NCBI RefSeq assembly: GCF_038025025.1
Contig: NW_027117339.1
Coordinates: 930,001 to 994,000, forward strand
Direction: 5' to 3'
From: Phyllosticta citribraziliensis
Lineage: Eukaryota
DNA: 64,000 bases
The notes beneath the pieces were generated by a model, which was not told where the DNA came from, made no database searches, and saw only the letters and a list, made by a program, of their open reading frames with translations. A program made the position numbers and the translations under genes. This document shows positions 1 through 13,700 of this stretch, in pieces (position 1 is the stretch's first letter; every line of letters begins with the position of its first letter).

Positions 1-949
1 AAATTGAGAAGGAAAAAAAAAAAAAAAAAGAAAGACGCTCACGGCATGACTCGCCATTATCCGCTGCCCTTTTACTGCCTTGCCAGTTGCCACCCGCCGC
101 TCATCATCCGCCATGACCATAGCCCATCCATACGTGTTTGTTGTGTTGGCTGTGGCCGCAGCTGTCCGTAAATCACTCATCACTCATCGCTCATCCACCA
201 TATCCGGGTCCTTGCGGAGAGACAACAACAAGACACCTCATACATACCTCACACCTCACAACTCGCGCGTCGTGCCAACAAAGCAGCAGAGAAAGAAAAA
301 AAGGCAGCTAGCTAGTCAGTCAGTTAGCAAAAAAGCCGCCTGATCAGCCTCAGCCCCAGCCGCGGCCGCCGCGGCAACCCCCCCCTCGCTCTCTTTCTCT
401 CGGTCTCTCCCTGACGATCAGTCAACAGATCAGTCAACACACGGACGCCGTGCGGAGGCACCGGTGAGTCTGTTGGCAGGCGAGGAATTTTGTTTTGTTT
501 CTAGAAGGCCAGCAGAGCAATGATTGATGGCCATGGCGAGTCAGGCTGGGTGGAGAGGCTCGGTCGGTAAACTCGGTACGTCGGGTGTGTTGAGTCGTGT
601 CGTGCTGCGGGGAGCGGCGGGAGTGTGTGCGTTCCTGCGTGCGTGGACAGAGACAATGGACGGATTGACTGGAGGGAGGCTTGGGGTGAGATGGCGGGCT
701 AGCTAGCTGGCTTTGTGCGGTTGGTGTCTATCCGCTTGTCGTCTGCTAGTGAGGAAGTACATGCTGTCTCTCTCTCTCTGTGGAGTGACGACGACAAAGA
801 TGTGGAGACGACGGAAACGTCTCCAGGTCATTATGTTCGCCTGCTCGCTCCCCGTCCGTCGCTCGCTCACCAGGAGATGTGATAGTACGGGGTGAGAAGA
901 AGGCCATGGCGCAAGAATTGCCAAAGACAGCAAGCGAGTGACGAAACCG

Positions 950-950
950 C

Positions 951-985
<35 letters not shown>

Positions 986-1188
986 AAAACCCGAAAGCTC
1001 CGTTTATATCCGTCGGAACCCCCCAGCATCCAGCAGCCAGCAGCCAACGAGCACGTACAGTACGGCAGTCGGCGACGCCGCGAGTCCGACCGACCGAGAC
1101 CGTACGTCCGTCTAGTTGTCCGTTCGGTCCAAAAAGAGCTGATCCAGGGAGTTTTAGGTGGCTGGCTGGCTGGCTGGCTGGCTGGCTG
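950..1188. repeat. (GGCA)n and (GGCT)n tetranucleotide microsatellites
   Basis: Runs at ~950-985 and ~1160-1188. Confidence 0.88.
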
Positions 1189-2007
1189 CCGGAGCGTCAG
1201 GGACCCGGGCAGACAGGTACGGGGGTGGATGCATGCGGGGGTGGGTTGGCGTTAGTCAGGGACGGACGGGGGACACGAGTAGTGGTGGTGGTGAGCGAAT
1301 TTGGAGGGAGCGTGGAGTGCGAGCGAACCGGGGGAGGCGGCGGCGGGGGCATGGTGAGCGATGCGTTGTAGCAAGGAGAGTTGAATTGAGCTGATTTTGT
1401 GTGAAATGGTAGCGGTGGTTTGCGTGTATGGTGGAGTATACGCTTCGGCAGCTGTGGCGCATTAGTGGTATGTAAGTACATAGCCCAGCCACACTGCTAC
1501 TTCAGGCATTTCAGGCTCTAGATAGTGTTAGTTGAGAAGATAGGCCTGGAAACAAGGCATCATGTACATGGCATTAAAAAAAAAAACGGCGGCATACCTG
1601 CTTACTTGTGGTGGGTTAGCTTACACAATTGACGGCCATCACTCGACCGCATCCTCCAAGCCAACGTTCAATCCGCATTCAACATCCAGATGCATCCACA
1701 CGTGTCGAAATGCACATTTCGAAAAAATAAATTCAGGATGTACAAATGTGGCGGGGACGGCAGGCAGACAGGCAGGGGTAACACAAGCCAAAAGACAAGA
1801 GAAAAAAAACAACAGGTAAGCGGGACCGCTACGCCCCCCGCCACAGCCGCCAGGAACCGATGGAGACAAGGGGCAGGGAAAGGGGGGCGGCAATCCAACG
1901 GGCCAAGCTAGCCAGCTGCCAGCCAGCCAGGGCGACACACGGAGAGGCGTGGGCTGGCGAGAGCCGGAGAGAAAAAGGGGAGCCGGTTCGTTGTTGGTGG
2001 TGCGATG

Positions 2008-2008
<1 letters not shown>

Positions 2009-2038
<30 letters not shown>
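2009..2038. repeat. G30 homopolymer
   Basis: Uninterrupted G run, followed by AAGGGGGG. Confidence 0.95.
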
Positions 2039-2039
<1 letters not shown>

Positions 2040-5000
2040 AGGGGGGAAGAAGCTCATCATCATCAGCAGCAGCGGCAGCGGCAGCAGCAATGTCAGGCCA
2101 GCAGGGCTCTCCGAGGCTGGAGACGCGAGACTTGGGGCCCCGCCGTTGGTGGGTACTGCCATGTATCTTTTCCGTCCCTGGTAGAAAGTGGGCAGATGCG
2201 AAATGGAGGAATGGGTGGATTGTTGGAGTCAGAGAGTAGAGTCTCCATCATCATCTCCGTTGTCGTCTGACTGATCTGACACTACTGCTGCGCGCTCGCT
2301 TGTTGGCTTTTTTAGGTGCTGTGCTGTGCCTCCAGACGAGGTTTTCTTCTTTTCCGTTGATCCCGTTTTCGTCTGTTTGTTTTGGGGGTGAAATGGAAGT
2401 GCCGTGCCGCCCTATCACTATCTGCAAAGTTTCTCTTCAGCTTTCCTTTTTGGACGACACTGGCCATCGTGAGTAACTCGATTCAATTCCTGCTACCGTT
2501 GCTTGTGCGCCACCATAACAGAGGAGCTTGGAATGAAGGAATAATCGCTAATACTTCCGTAGCACCATCATCGTACCATACACGTACCGACCTACTGCTT
2601 CGCAGCTCCGCAGCAGGGCAGGCACTACCGACGCGGCGACGAAAAAAATTAATAGAGCATCGCACGGGGCCGGGCGATCCCAAAGCGCGGGGGGAAGGGG
2701 AGGGATGTGGATGGGCTCCGCTGGCATGAGTCGCCTGGCCCGCTGGCCTAAGAGAGAGCGCCTGCGTGCCTGCTTGCCTGCTCGTCAGTCGACGACGACG
2801 ACGGCGACCCGCCGCGCTGGACCAGCAGAGTGGAGAAACGGACGGCATTGAGGAGGTTGGTGCCCGCGCACACTCGGCGGCGGTCCCGCCGTCATGCGGA
2901 ACTTGTGCCACGGGTTCCGACGGGGGCGAGCGTGCACAACCGGGCGTCGCCGTCGTTGATGCCCTCCTGGCCCCCCTCTCTGCCCCCCTCCGCCTCCGTG
3001 CCCCCCCGTGTTGTGCGCAAAATCCACACACACACACACACACACCGCTTGGCGTCGCTGGCGCAGCCTGAGGCGTGTATGGCGGCCGGCATCAGTATCG
3101 TCATCGATGGATGAAATGAGAAGGACCTATCCAAGGGGGGCACAGCGGCAAGTGGGTTGGGGGGTTGTTTGTAGATGGACGTGTGTAGGCACAGGCGCTG
3201 CAGTCTCGAGTCTGGACTCGCAAGTTTGCTGGTCTGTCCCGTCCCGCTCATTCTTTTCGTGAACCTCTTCGTCGTCGGGGTTGGGTCGGGGATCAAGAGG
3301 CGTCAGTCAGACACAATGGCGCAATCTTTATGGATACGTTCTGCATGATGGCCACTACGTGCTGCTGTCAATTTTGGGAGACAGGAAAGGGGGCAGATTT
3401 GACGTAGGACTCGGAACTCTTGCTTCCTTCCAGCTGACGACGAGCGCGCATGGAAAGTGAGAGGGCACAAAGGAGAGGAATGTTGCAGCGCACAGAGAGT
3501 CTGTCGGGGCAATCTGATCAAAGAGTGTGATTGGTGTTGGTCGAATGATGAGCGACGACGGGTAGGCACATCATGGAGATTGCGAGGCACAGCAACAAAG
3601 AGTCGTCCCAAACGGCGATACCCTCTGCGGCTAGCGAGCTACCTACCAACATGTCTTGCTGTCGGCGGTTCCGTCTCGTGACATGTTGCTGCGCGCTTCC
3701 AAACTCTAAATCGGAAAAATCGTCCCTCGGCTTGGGTCCAAAGCGCGCTCTGCGCTGCGCTGTGCCATGTATGCGGTGCTGTGCTCTCCTCTGTAGGTAT
3801 CCCGAATGTTGCCCCTCGTCCGTCCTGTGCTGCAAGAATCCAGCGGTAAGCCAACCCAGCGTCTAGGTACTGTACATAGTCGCCCCTCTCTCCTCTCCCG
3901 AGTTCCAACAAACTTTTTTGTCGGCGTTGCACAACACTTTGTGAAATACGAGCCCGGGATCGGCCGAGGGAGTGTGGGCGACGGAGCAACAGCGGAGCGA
4001 GCCTCCTGTTGCTATCTTTTTTTCTTTTTTTTTTTCCTTTTTCATTTACCGTCATTGCGCTGCTGCTAGACGTTTCTGTGAACCCGAATCCAGGGGCACT
4101 AGTCACTACCTGAAGGCGTGCTCCCGCAGCGGATGGTGATAGGTGCCGGGCTTATGTAATAGTGGTGGGAGGGGGCGCGCGCGGGAACAGTCGGACGGGC
4201 CCAGCAGCAAGCACAAGCAGCAGGGCCAAAAGCCAAAACTGCGGCGGTGTCGGAAAGGGGTGGCCAGAGAGTCCAACCCAGCACATCTGGACAACAGGAC
4301 ACGTCCCGTCGGACGGACAAGGCGGTCAAGCGCGCAGCTTGTGAATTGGTCGGTAGGGCATCAATCAACAGAAAAAAGTCTATGGTGAGTGACGGATCCT
4401 GCGTACCGGAGCCACGGCCAGCTGGTCAAAGCCAGGGACTAAAACTGTAACAGAATCCCGCCGCTTTGGGAGCGCGGCTCGATTGGCAGCCTCTCATCGC
4501 GATTGACTAGCGCTCCTGTGACGCAAAAAGGTTGTTCAGCACGAAAAAAAAAAAAAAAAAAAAAAAGAGTTGGCAGACCCTCAAGGTACAGACTGTACGC
4601 GCAAATTGCCCCCCAGTCACCATCGCACACCCTCTTTTGCGCTTGCGCTCCGGAATTCGGCGCTGAGAGTTTGTCCCTGGGAGCCGGATCTGTCCGACCA
4701 TGTTCCTTGCTGGAGAGCAACGAGAAATGGGCGACATCGGAGAGGAGGGATTGGCACTGGAGATGAGTCGAGCCGTCCCCCAGCATCGATGGTGTACGTA
4801 GATGGCGAGCGAAAATTTGCGCGGCATCAAGAAGACATCGGCCATGAAAATGACGAGCAGGCTGCTGGCGGCCCGTCCGTGAGCACGATGACGTGGGGCG
4901 TCGTCGCAGGCGTGTGGGCAGTCAAGGCTTGGAGAGGGGAAAGCTGCTGCAAGATGAGTAGCTCCCTGCTCAGCACATGTCCAGAGCTACAAGGACGTGG

Positions 5001-5773
5001 GTCCGGCGGATACAAGTGGGTGCGCGCTGCGAATGCTATTGTTTTGGCCATGGATATGATGTCGTTGGCGACAGCTCATCATCAGCAATTGGCGGTCCAG
5101 ACTACTGCGCGGACATGGAGGTAGTCGATGGAACAGCAAAGAGTGTGGGGAGCAGCACCGTGGCTTGACTAAGAGAATTGCTGTATTTAGACAAGGTGCT
5201 CGGCGGCCAAGAGAAGTGATGTCGACGGCAAAGGAGCGGCGGAGGTTGTTCCTGATGATGCCCAGCCGAGTCTTTGTTGCGCTGTTGTTGTTGATGTTTG
5301 TGGATATGCCATTGGCGCAGGGCGTGGCTGGCCATGAGTGGCTCGACGTATACTTAGTGACGTGAAGAAGTCGGAGCGATGAAACGAGCACAGATGGGCG
5401 GTGGTGTGAGTGACCTCGACGCGACCTTTTGTTGCGCAGCTTTTCGGACGCGTGCTCGGGAGCGTCAGGGTTAGGTTGGAGGAGAGGCCCGCGACGGGCC
5501 GCTGCCCTGGGCTGGCTGGCGCCTCTGACTGGCTCGGTTTCGGGGCCCTTCTCCTGGCTGCTCGATTGCTCTCGATTGCTCGATTGCTCCATGTGTGGTT
5601 ACTATGGGTCTGTTTTCCACGACAGAACCAAGTCACCAGACTGCGTCTGCCGTGGCCCAATCGCTCGTTGCCCGTGGCATTGATGATGTGCTGCCCGCAG
5701 CGCAGCGCAGCAGGACGCCTAGCCTTGCACTGCGACTGCGAGTGCCGTCATTCTTACATCCAACCAAGGGGCC

Positions 5774-5775
<2 letters not shown>

Positions 5776-5835
<60 letters not shown>
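5776..5835. repeat. (GAC)20 microsatellite
   Basis: Perfect trinucleotide run, read directly. Confidence 0.97.
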
Positions 5836-7299
5836 AACCAGAGCACAAGCCCACTGCCCACCACACACAGCCAGGCTCAGGCAGGGCATGCGGACACCAA
5901 GGTCGCGGGAAATCTGCCCGACCCTTGTCCCGGCCTTGTCTCAGCGAAGGCGGCCAATCGCTCGCTGGCCGCTCCGCACGCCACCGTCGACATTGCTGCA
6001 CGCCATTTGGTAGTGGTGGCGAATATATACATTGTGTCTCGATGAGGGTGGGGAGAGCGGAGGCCCAGTGCCAGGGACAAGCAGCCGTGGCTGTGGGCTT
6101 GGGCTTGGACGAGGGGAGGGCAGCAGAGAAATTGCAAATCGCTCGCCGCGTGCGCGTGACAGGGCCGTCTCAGCGCAGGGCTCGTCACCTGCGACGATGC
6201 GATGTGCAAGGAACGTGTGGGGGACTTCACCGCTCGCCCACACGGGACTTGATGGAGGGAGTCTGGAGGGATTTGTGCATCGTGTTCCGTCGTCATAGTT
6301 GTGCTTGCTTCTACCGCGGGAACTCGTCGTCGGTGCTGTCAGGGACGACCCCACCCAGAGTCACACTGTCCTTCACGCCACCGTCACGTCGATGTGGGGA
6401 GAGGGCTCCATGTCTCAAATCCGCAGGTGCACCGTCGACCAAGGCATTGCTTTTTGGGTTCAAATTTTTTTCATTTGCTTCAAAGGGGGCTTGTTGCCCG
6501 CTTGTTCGCGCCTACATACACTTGACAGTGTATAGCGCTCCAGAGTCCGTTGGCTCTAACCTGGAAACATGAACTGATGGGAGAGACCACCATGGCCATG
6601 ATGGAACAACAAAAGACTGCACATGAACTCCTGACCATTTGTGACAAACCAGTCCCCAGCCCTGCCGTGGCAATGCATCCCAAGCACCAGTCCCAAACCA
6701 TCGTGATACCTACACCGCGCTAATCCCAGAGTAACCCACCAAGAGGCCAAACAATAAAGCAGAGGGAACATCTCTCACCGCCCCTTCACCCCTGGCATCG
6801 ACCACAAAGAGAAGAGAGAAGATTGATCAGTCATGTCGAGGTCAACAAGTAGAAAAGACGAAACTTTTTTTGGTAGAGGGACACACTGCAAGCCTCTCGT
6901 GTCGAAGAAGAACAACTCCTGATAGATGTGTGTTGGGGAAGGCGGGTCCGTGTCTTGCCCAAACTTTTTGTGTTTTTTTCGTGTGCATGCACCAAGGAGC
7001 AATGCTTGAAGAGGGAGAAAGCCGACACCAGAGAGTCGATGGGCCATTATAGTGCAATTAATGCAGAACAATAAGATGAGGCTGCGAGGTGTGTCCTCGA
7101 AGAAGCGAGCGGCCGTGCCTTGCGGCGGCGACGGCAGCTAGAGTTTTGGGCCCACAACAAGCAGGGCGTAGAAGGTTCGAAGCAAAGGCGAAACATGCCA
7201 GAAGGACTCCAGCAGCGCAAGGCCGTCGGGGGTTTCAAACAAGAGGCCTGACGTAGGGCTTGGCTGCGGGAGGATCGGGAGGTGTTCGAAACGACGGGC

Positions 7300-7797
7300 T
7301 TAGGCCGACTGTTTCCGTCTTCGCATGTCGCGCACCTGGTCGAAGGCGTGGGCATAACTTCTCAACTCGTTGGCGGCTTGTGCGGACAAGCCTTGGGTTG
7401 CGGGGTAGGCCATGGAGTTGAGCGAGGATTGCGAGGACGAGGGCGTGAGCAGGCGGTTCTCGCCAAGAGTCGAGGAGGAGGATGATGATGATGATGATGA
7501 TGTCGAGTGCGAGGAGGCGTGGGAGAAGTAGGATTGCTGTCTCGGCGAGGCAGAGCTTGGACTGGTTGGAGTCGAGTCCCGGGCGGACGAGGTCTTGAAG
7601 TTCAAGGGCGAAGAGAGGTAGAAGCCGGTAGGAGTGCCGCCGGTTGATGAAGCGTAAGAGGAGGGGGCCGAGGTGTTTGTGGTGAAGTCGGCGGCTTTGT
7701 CGAGGTCAGCGAGACGGCAGGCCTGGGAGCAGTAGGCGCCAGTCTCAATCTGCCTGTCGCAGGTGAGGCAAAAGTCGTGGGACCACTCGGCGGCCAT
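7300..7797 (-). CDS. ECL1: Ecl1/2/3-family (life-span regulatory factor) small zinc-binding protein
   Basis: Single-exon 165 aa ORF. N-terminal FCLTCDRQ...AYCSQACRLADL (CxxC...CSxxC) motif, Ser-rich middle, C-terminal ELRSYAHAFDQVR. Confidence 0.85.
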   Translation of the reverse strand: MAAEWSHDFCLTCDRQIETGAYCSQACRLADLDKAADFTTNTSAPSSYASSTGGTPTGFYLSSPLNFKTSSARDSTPTSPSSASPRQQSYFSHASSHSTSSSSSSSSSSTLGENRLLTPSSSQSSLNSMAYPATQGLSAQAANELRSYAHAFDQVRDMRRRKQSA

Positions 7798-10700
7798 TGT
7801 GTAATTGGATGTTGATGTTGTGGTTGCGGTTGTGGGAGAGATTGTAGGCGGGAGCGGGGGGGGGAATATATCGGAGAGGTGTTTGGATGAGTCAAAGGCG
7901 GGTGGAGATGATGTGCTCAGGCAGGCGATGTTGTCAGAGGGAGCGCAATGAGGAAGGAAAATTGGCTCATGGACAGGTGCGGGTGTAGCTTGGGGCTAGG
8001 AGATGAAGGCGGGAGATGGCGAGGGGAGGCAGCTCTCTTGTATGAAGATGGTGGCTTTGGTCGAGTCGGGCGGAGGCCAATCAGGGCGGGCGAGGGCGGG
8101 CGTGCGCTGCAGGTCAGTGAGAGGTGCTGAGGTGTGTGTGAGCCCATTCGGGCAGAAGGCAGAAGCAGGCACCCAGTCGCAATGCCAGAGCCAGGGCAGG
8201 GCAGGGCAGGGCATGCGCAGGTGCAGGTGCAGGTGCAGGCCGGATCAACTTGCATAAAGGGCGAAGAGGGTGAGGTGGATGGATGCAGTGGGTGCAGTGG
8301 GTGCAGTGGAGAGTCCGGGTGCAGGGCAGGGCAGGGCAGAGAAAGACACCAGGTCTGCCCCTGCCCCGATCTGCCGCCAGGCCACGGCAATCACTTTTTT
8401 CTTTTTCTCTCACTTTTTTATTCTTTTTTATTTTCTCTTTTTTTTTGCGTTTTATTATTTTGGTCGTAGCGCGAGCGGCGCCAGTTATTCCTCTGAGGTG
8501 TTTCATGGCCGACACCACGACTCGACTCGACTCGACTCGACTCTCTTGGCTGCCGTCCTCTCTCTCTCGCTGCCATCTTTCCACCCACTGCCTCTCTCTC
8601 TCGCTCTCGCCCATCAGGCCAGCTCACGCCAGCCGCCAGCCGCCAGCCGCCAGCCCGCCATGTCCCATGTCGCCCGCCCAAAATCCTCAACTTATTACAT
8701 ACATGCGCAATGTACTCACTCTGCCTGCATTAGCCACACGCTACCGCTTCCTTGGTGCCCGCCGTCAAATATCACGCCGCAAGCCGCCAAGCCTCCTGGA
8801 CAATCCTCCCACTTGCTCCCACGCCCACAGCCCAGTCACACGGCATGAACCGTCACCACCACGACAACACCCATCCTCAACTCCCTCAGCCCTGTCCCCA
8901 TTCTGATTCTCAGGAATTCAACAGGTCATCCACGCCCGTCTGGAATGAGAGACGTCGTCGCAGCCACTGTGAGCTTATCTCCAGCCTCGGTGCGCCCCTC
9001 GCTCATCTTGCAACCATCCCACTCTTCGCCCTCGGACCATCCAGCTATCCAGCTCCCACGGCGACGGTGCATTTGTCACGCTTAGCCCAGAGCCGCTCAT
9101 CTCTCTGCCCACTGTCGCATTGTGCCTTCAAGGCAGCCGCTTCGCCTGCCAGTCTCCACACATGTAGGTATTTTGGTCGGCCAAAATTCTATTGGAGCAC
9201 GTGCATCAATCTCGGGCACGCTGCAGCTCCTCCTCGAGCAGCCAGCCACTCCGCTTGACTCGCATATGTGCCTCTTCGGATCCCTATCCAACAGGGTGCT
9301 AGGCCTAGCCGCCGCCGACTCTGTGACCGTCGCCACCGGGCTTCCCTTTTTTTTTTTTTTTTTTTCCCCATTGTCTGTCTGATGTCCTTGCCTCTCTGGC
9401 TGCAGGGCTCGACCATTTGTTGGTGGCTGAGCCAACAATTGTTGCACGCTAGCCTCGCTCCGTTGATAGTGGCCGGCGCCGCAGTCTGCCGTTTGCTGCG
9501 ACCACCGGCATGCAGCATCGAGGAGAGAGCCATTTATTTCACTTGGCAGTCGAAGAACGAGGCCGCTTCATAGTCGCCGAAATTCCATCTCTGCCTCTGT
9601 CCTTGGTGGACCTACGCCACCACGAGGCTTTGTCGACAATGTCTCAGCGCCTGCAGCAGCATGGCTGGAAAAAGAAAACATGCCCATCCATCTCATCGCC
9701 GCGGTTGCGAGATCCTGCACGTCTTCAGCACCCGCTTCGGCCTGTGTCCAAAGGCAACAAAGATCGTCGTCGTGGACATCATTGCCCTCTGGCGACATCC
9801 CTGCGCCAAGTGCCGTTGGCGTCAATTACTGCAGTCCAATTTCTTTCACTCGATGCCATCATTCCCAAGAATTGTGCTCATGGTCACTTCTTGGTACACG
9901 TGGTTTGCCGCATACGTGCATTGGGGAAACCAATATGCTTTGCGCCTTAGCCGCAACATTGCTTCTCAACCCGCACTGACTCTCTGTACAACCTCAGGGC
10001 TATGCATCCGCAAACTATACTCAACCAAAGGTGACGCTCGCCGAACTGCACGGAACAACGAGACTCCGTTCTCTCCTTTTGCTCGTTTGCAGTCTTGCTC
10101 GCCCTCTGGCATTGTCCGTCCCCGTCACCGTACGACGTTGGAGAGCATACTGCGTTATCTCTGCGATGCTTGGCCCAGCGTCAGACGCCGTGTTACCCCA
10201 GAAAACATGCTTTGATGCATCGAGCGCGTGCGATGGGCATGCTCCTTCTTCACACCTTGGGCCCCAGGGCCAGACGCATGTATGTGCTTCAAGTCAGGTC
10301 GCTTACTCGCAAATGTACCCTTCGTCCAGCTCTGCGTTCCTGACCCATTCAGAATATCCCTGCAGCTATTCCATTCCGCTTTCGTGTCTCTGCATCGCTC
10401 TGACGCTTGAAACAGACCGTTGAGCCGATGGCACGCATAATGGCAGCGAGGAGCGTTGTGCAAGCGGACAATTACAGCAGTACCATTGTGTCATTGGCAG
10501 TGCAACAATCATGCCTCTCCACTTTACTTATCTTCTACTTCCCACTTCAACATGCCACGCCAGGGACGCTGAAACCAATTTGGCAAGGGTGAGTGTGGGG
10601 TGCAGCTGGCATTCGTGCTGGACAATCAAAGCAGCAAGGCCAACAGCCCTTCTTCCGTACCACGGCAGCGATCGTGATGCAGCGCATCCATCCTCGGCGA

Positions 10701-13700
10701 CCTCGGACTCGAATGGTGCAAGAGCAGCAAGCAAACTTTGCCTCGGGCTCATGTCGTCCGTTCAATCACCTGATCCAGCCCGCCAGCTTGGGAAGACAGC
10801 AAGGTAGCTTGCTAGCCAGCTACGCGAAATGGCCCATTGCTGATTACGAGGGCTCTCTGCTGGCGCGTCGCCCGAAGTGCATTCTCGCACGTAGCCACAG
10901 TCAGGCCACGCGTCTGCACTTTTGGACGGCTACATGGCGATCAGCGTGTGGGTACTGAAGGGGGGGAGGAGGACATGGACAGAGGAGCGTGGGAGCTCGA
11001 GGGAGCAGAGGATGGGCTGCCAAAGATCGGCAGACGCCCCGGCCCCGCATGCGCTGCGGGCCGCGGCCGCTCTCTTGCTTCTCCCACGATGGTCTCTTTG
11101 GTCTGGCTTCCCCTCTCGCAGCCTAGTGGTTGCCTACCCCTACTCGACCTACGCCTCTTTCCTTGGTGTGTTTTGATGAGACATGTTTCTTTTGTTTCGT
11201 CGACTCTGTTTTCTCAACTCCCTTCTATGACGACGGAGCCACCTACTCCGCGCCTTCGCTTTGCCGCCCGCCTAGTCGATGCTTCTCCACCTGATCATCA
11301 AATCTTTATCAAGAGCCACTCTCGGCCGGCCCCGTCTCCGCGCTATGGTCTGGAAGGTGGGCTTTGTCTTGACACAAGCCATTACTCGCGCGACTCCCTT
11401 ATCACACATTTTTCACAGCCGCTGTGTCCGACAGACGGCCCCAGGAGCCGCTTTGATGACTTTCTGTTGACGTCGAGGCCTCGTCAGAAAACAGCAGCCG
11501 GAATCAGCCTGCGACAGGCACAAGGCAAATGCTGCCAGGAGCACCAGCTGCCGGAATGGTGTGGCAAGGACTGCACGCCCAGCACCTGTCCGGTTGGCCC
11601 AGCGAGTGGAGAAGATCCTGTCGCTAATGAGATGTACGCCGCCTGTTGGCTTACGGCAGTAGGTGGCTGTCTGGGCTGGCCCTGTGGCTTTTCTACGAGC
11701 AGAGGCACACCGCAGAGCTCATAGGTGGCGAACCAACACTCTTCTCCGCCACTGATCCAGGCCATAATAAAAGCAAATATGACATGTCAATTTTGCGTGG
11801 CGGCGCTATCAGCACCGTACCTTCACGAACGGGAGGGGCTCATGCACGTTCTAGGACCTCGAGCCGATGGATGCTCAACACATCCGCCTCTGCTCCCTGG
11901 AGCAACCTCTCTCACCACGCCGACCTCGCAGGGTGCGCCCAAACATGATGGCGCTGAGGTCAATGGCTCTTTGGCTGATGACATGCTCTGTTTCGCCCCA
12001 ATCCACGTGGACGAATTGCCGTACTGGTCGACACATCGCATTCTGGTCTTGCAGGCCCGCCGGCACTGGCAGCAACTGCGAAATTGATTGCGGCAGCAGA
12101 GGTCCGAAGACTCGAAAGGGTCTGGCCTGGCCTTCGGAAATCAACAACAGGGCAAATCGTCGTCTGGCCATTTACTGCCCTGATCGCTTCCAAGCTGCCG
12201 TGCTTACCTGAGCCGGGGCACACTCCTAGCCCTTCACCTGCGTCAGTCCTAGGAACTTGTGCACATTTCGGCTAATCGACCGTGATACACATTGCATGCT
12301 TGCAGCGGGGTCGAAATGTCCATCATTATGATTGACATGCACTGTCTAGACTTGCCACCAGCCTGCTTGTTCAACATTACTTTGTTTGGACTAAGCAGTC
12401 GACATATAGGTCATTGCTGTCATTGTGCTAATCTACGTGCAAATCCGGCTCTGACGGAGTTTGCTGATCATCCAGAAGATCCCGCTAATCGCCAATTGTG
12501 GCGCAAGGGTCTAAGGAATGCCATGGAAGCGTCCGCGTACTCCGTGATGGGCGCGACTAGCTGGAGATATGATGTCTTCAATTCAGCTTTCTGGCGCCGG
12601 CCGCAAGGCCATTGAACGACACGTCTCTTTGCACGAAACTCTATCTGGTCACACTGGCCAGAGCGAGGGAGACTTGGAGGAGGAATGAACGTTGAGCAGC
12701 TGACGACTGTACGACAGCCTGTGAAGCCTGTGGAATATCAATCGCCGCCGCGCATCATCGATAATCCTCATCCCAACTCGAACGGTAAGCGGCCAAGATT
12801 CAGAGAGCACCCGTCTTTGATTCGTCTCGTCTCTTCGATTTAACAAACGACATGGGAATTTCTCGCGAGCCGTTACGTCACTGTTGACTGGTCAGGTTGC
12901 GCACAGCAGCTTTCCTTGACGGCTGTTCCCGAGCCTCAAATGCTGTGGTTCCCAGCAGCGCTCTTACCGTTGCTGACTGGATATAGAGGGAAAAGCGTCG
13001 ACACAACAATCCGAGTCGCGGGGTCCTTCTTTTCGCCCTCCATCCAAAGGATCGGTCGACCAACGCACCTGTCCGCTGCCGAACTCGCAGCAGACAGATG
13101 TCATGATCGGCCGCGCGCAACGCAACATGTCACCCAGATACTGCGATAGCTCGTCGTCCATGGCCACATGCCAACTTTCCTTGGTGTCTGGGCGAACGAC
13201 GCCGTCGTAAAGGAGGTATAGGACGTCCCGACAACCATATTTTTCCCCGACCACGCAGGAACGATCAGCGACGACGCGTGCGACGACCGACCTTGATGTC
13301 TTCTGGTCATGGATCGTGCGCGGGCGCGGCGGGAGCAGCTAGCCAGCGCAAAAGACGACGCGGTGACGTCGACCACCATACACCACCTTGATGTCCCGAG
13401 CAGCAGCACAGCACCACACTGGGCCAGCTCGCTCCCGGCTCGGCCTCCAAGACGGGCACAAGAAACCCACAAAGAGACCCCGAAAAAATGAATGGAGAGA
13501 AGAAAACCAAAAAATCAAAAAATCATGATGATGCTGGACATCGGATCCCTCCCATGATCTATAACGTCATGGGAATCGCGGATGATGCGGCTGCTCAAAT
13601 TCATTCGATGCCCTCCATTACTTTCTCCTTACTGCGCTGTACGTACTCCGCACAGCCGCGGCCACCGCCGCTGGCATCATGGCGTGCGATTCGCACGTCA

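Noticed and set aside
5467..5475. CCTAACCCT (9-nt telomere-template-like motif) on the minus strand
   Set aside because: A 9-mer of any permutation is expected by chance in 64 kb on two strands. I saw no neighbouring U-tract pseudoknot or long-range pairing.
5410..6572. Long ORFs (211 and 325 aa) with poly-Asp/poly-Arg
   Set aside because: They are produced by the (GAC)20 microsatellite and high GC. No protein-like motifs.
10837..11724. 295-aa ORF in the gene-free region
   Set aside because: Non-ATG start, with no recognisable domain or transposon motif.
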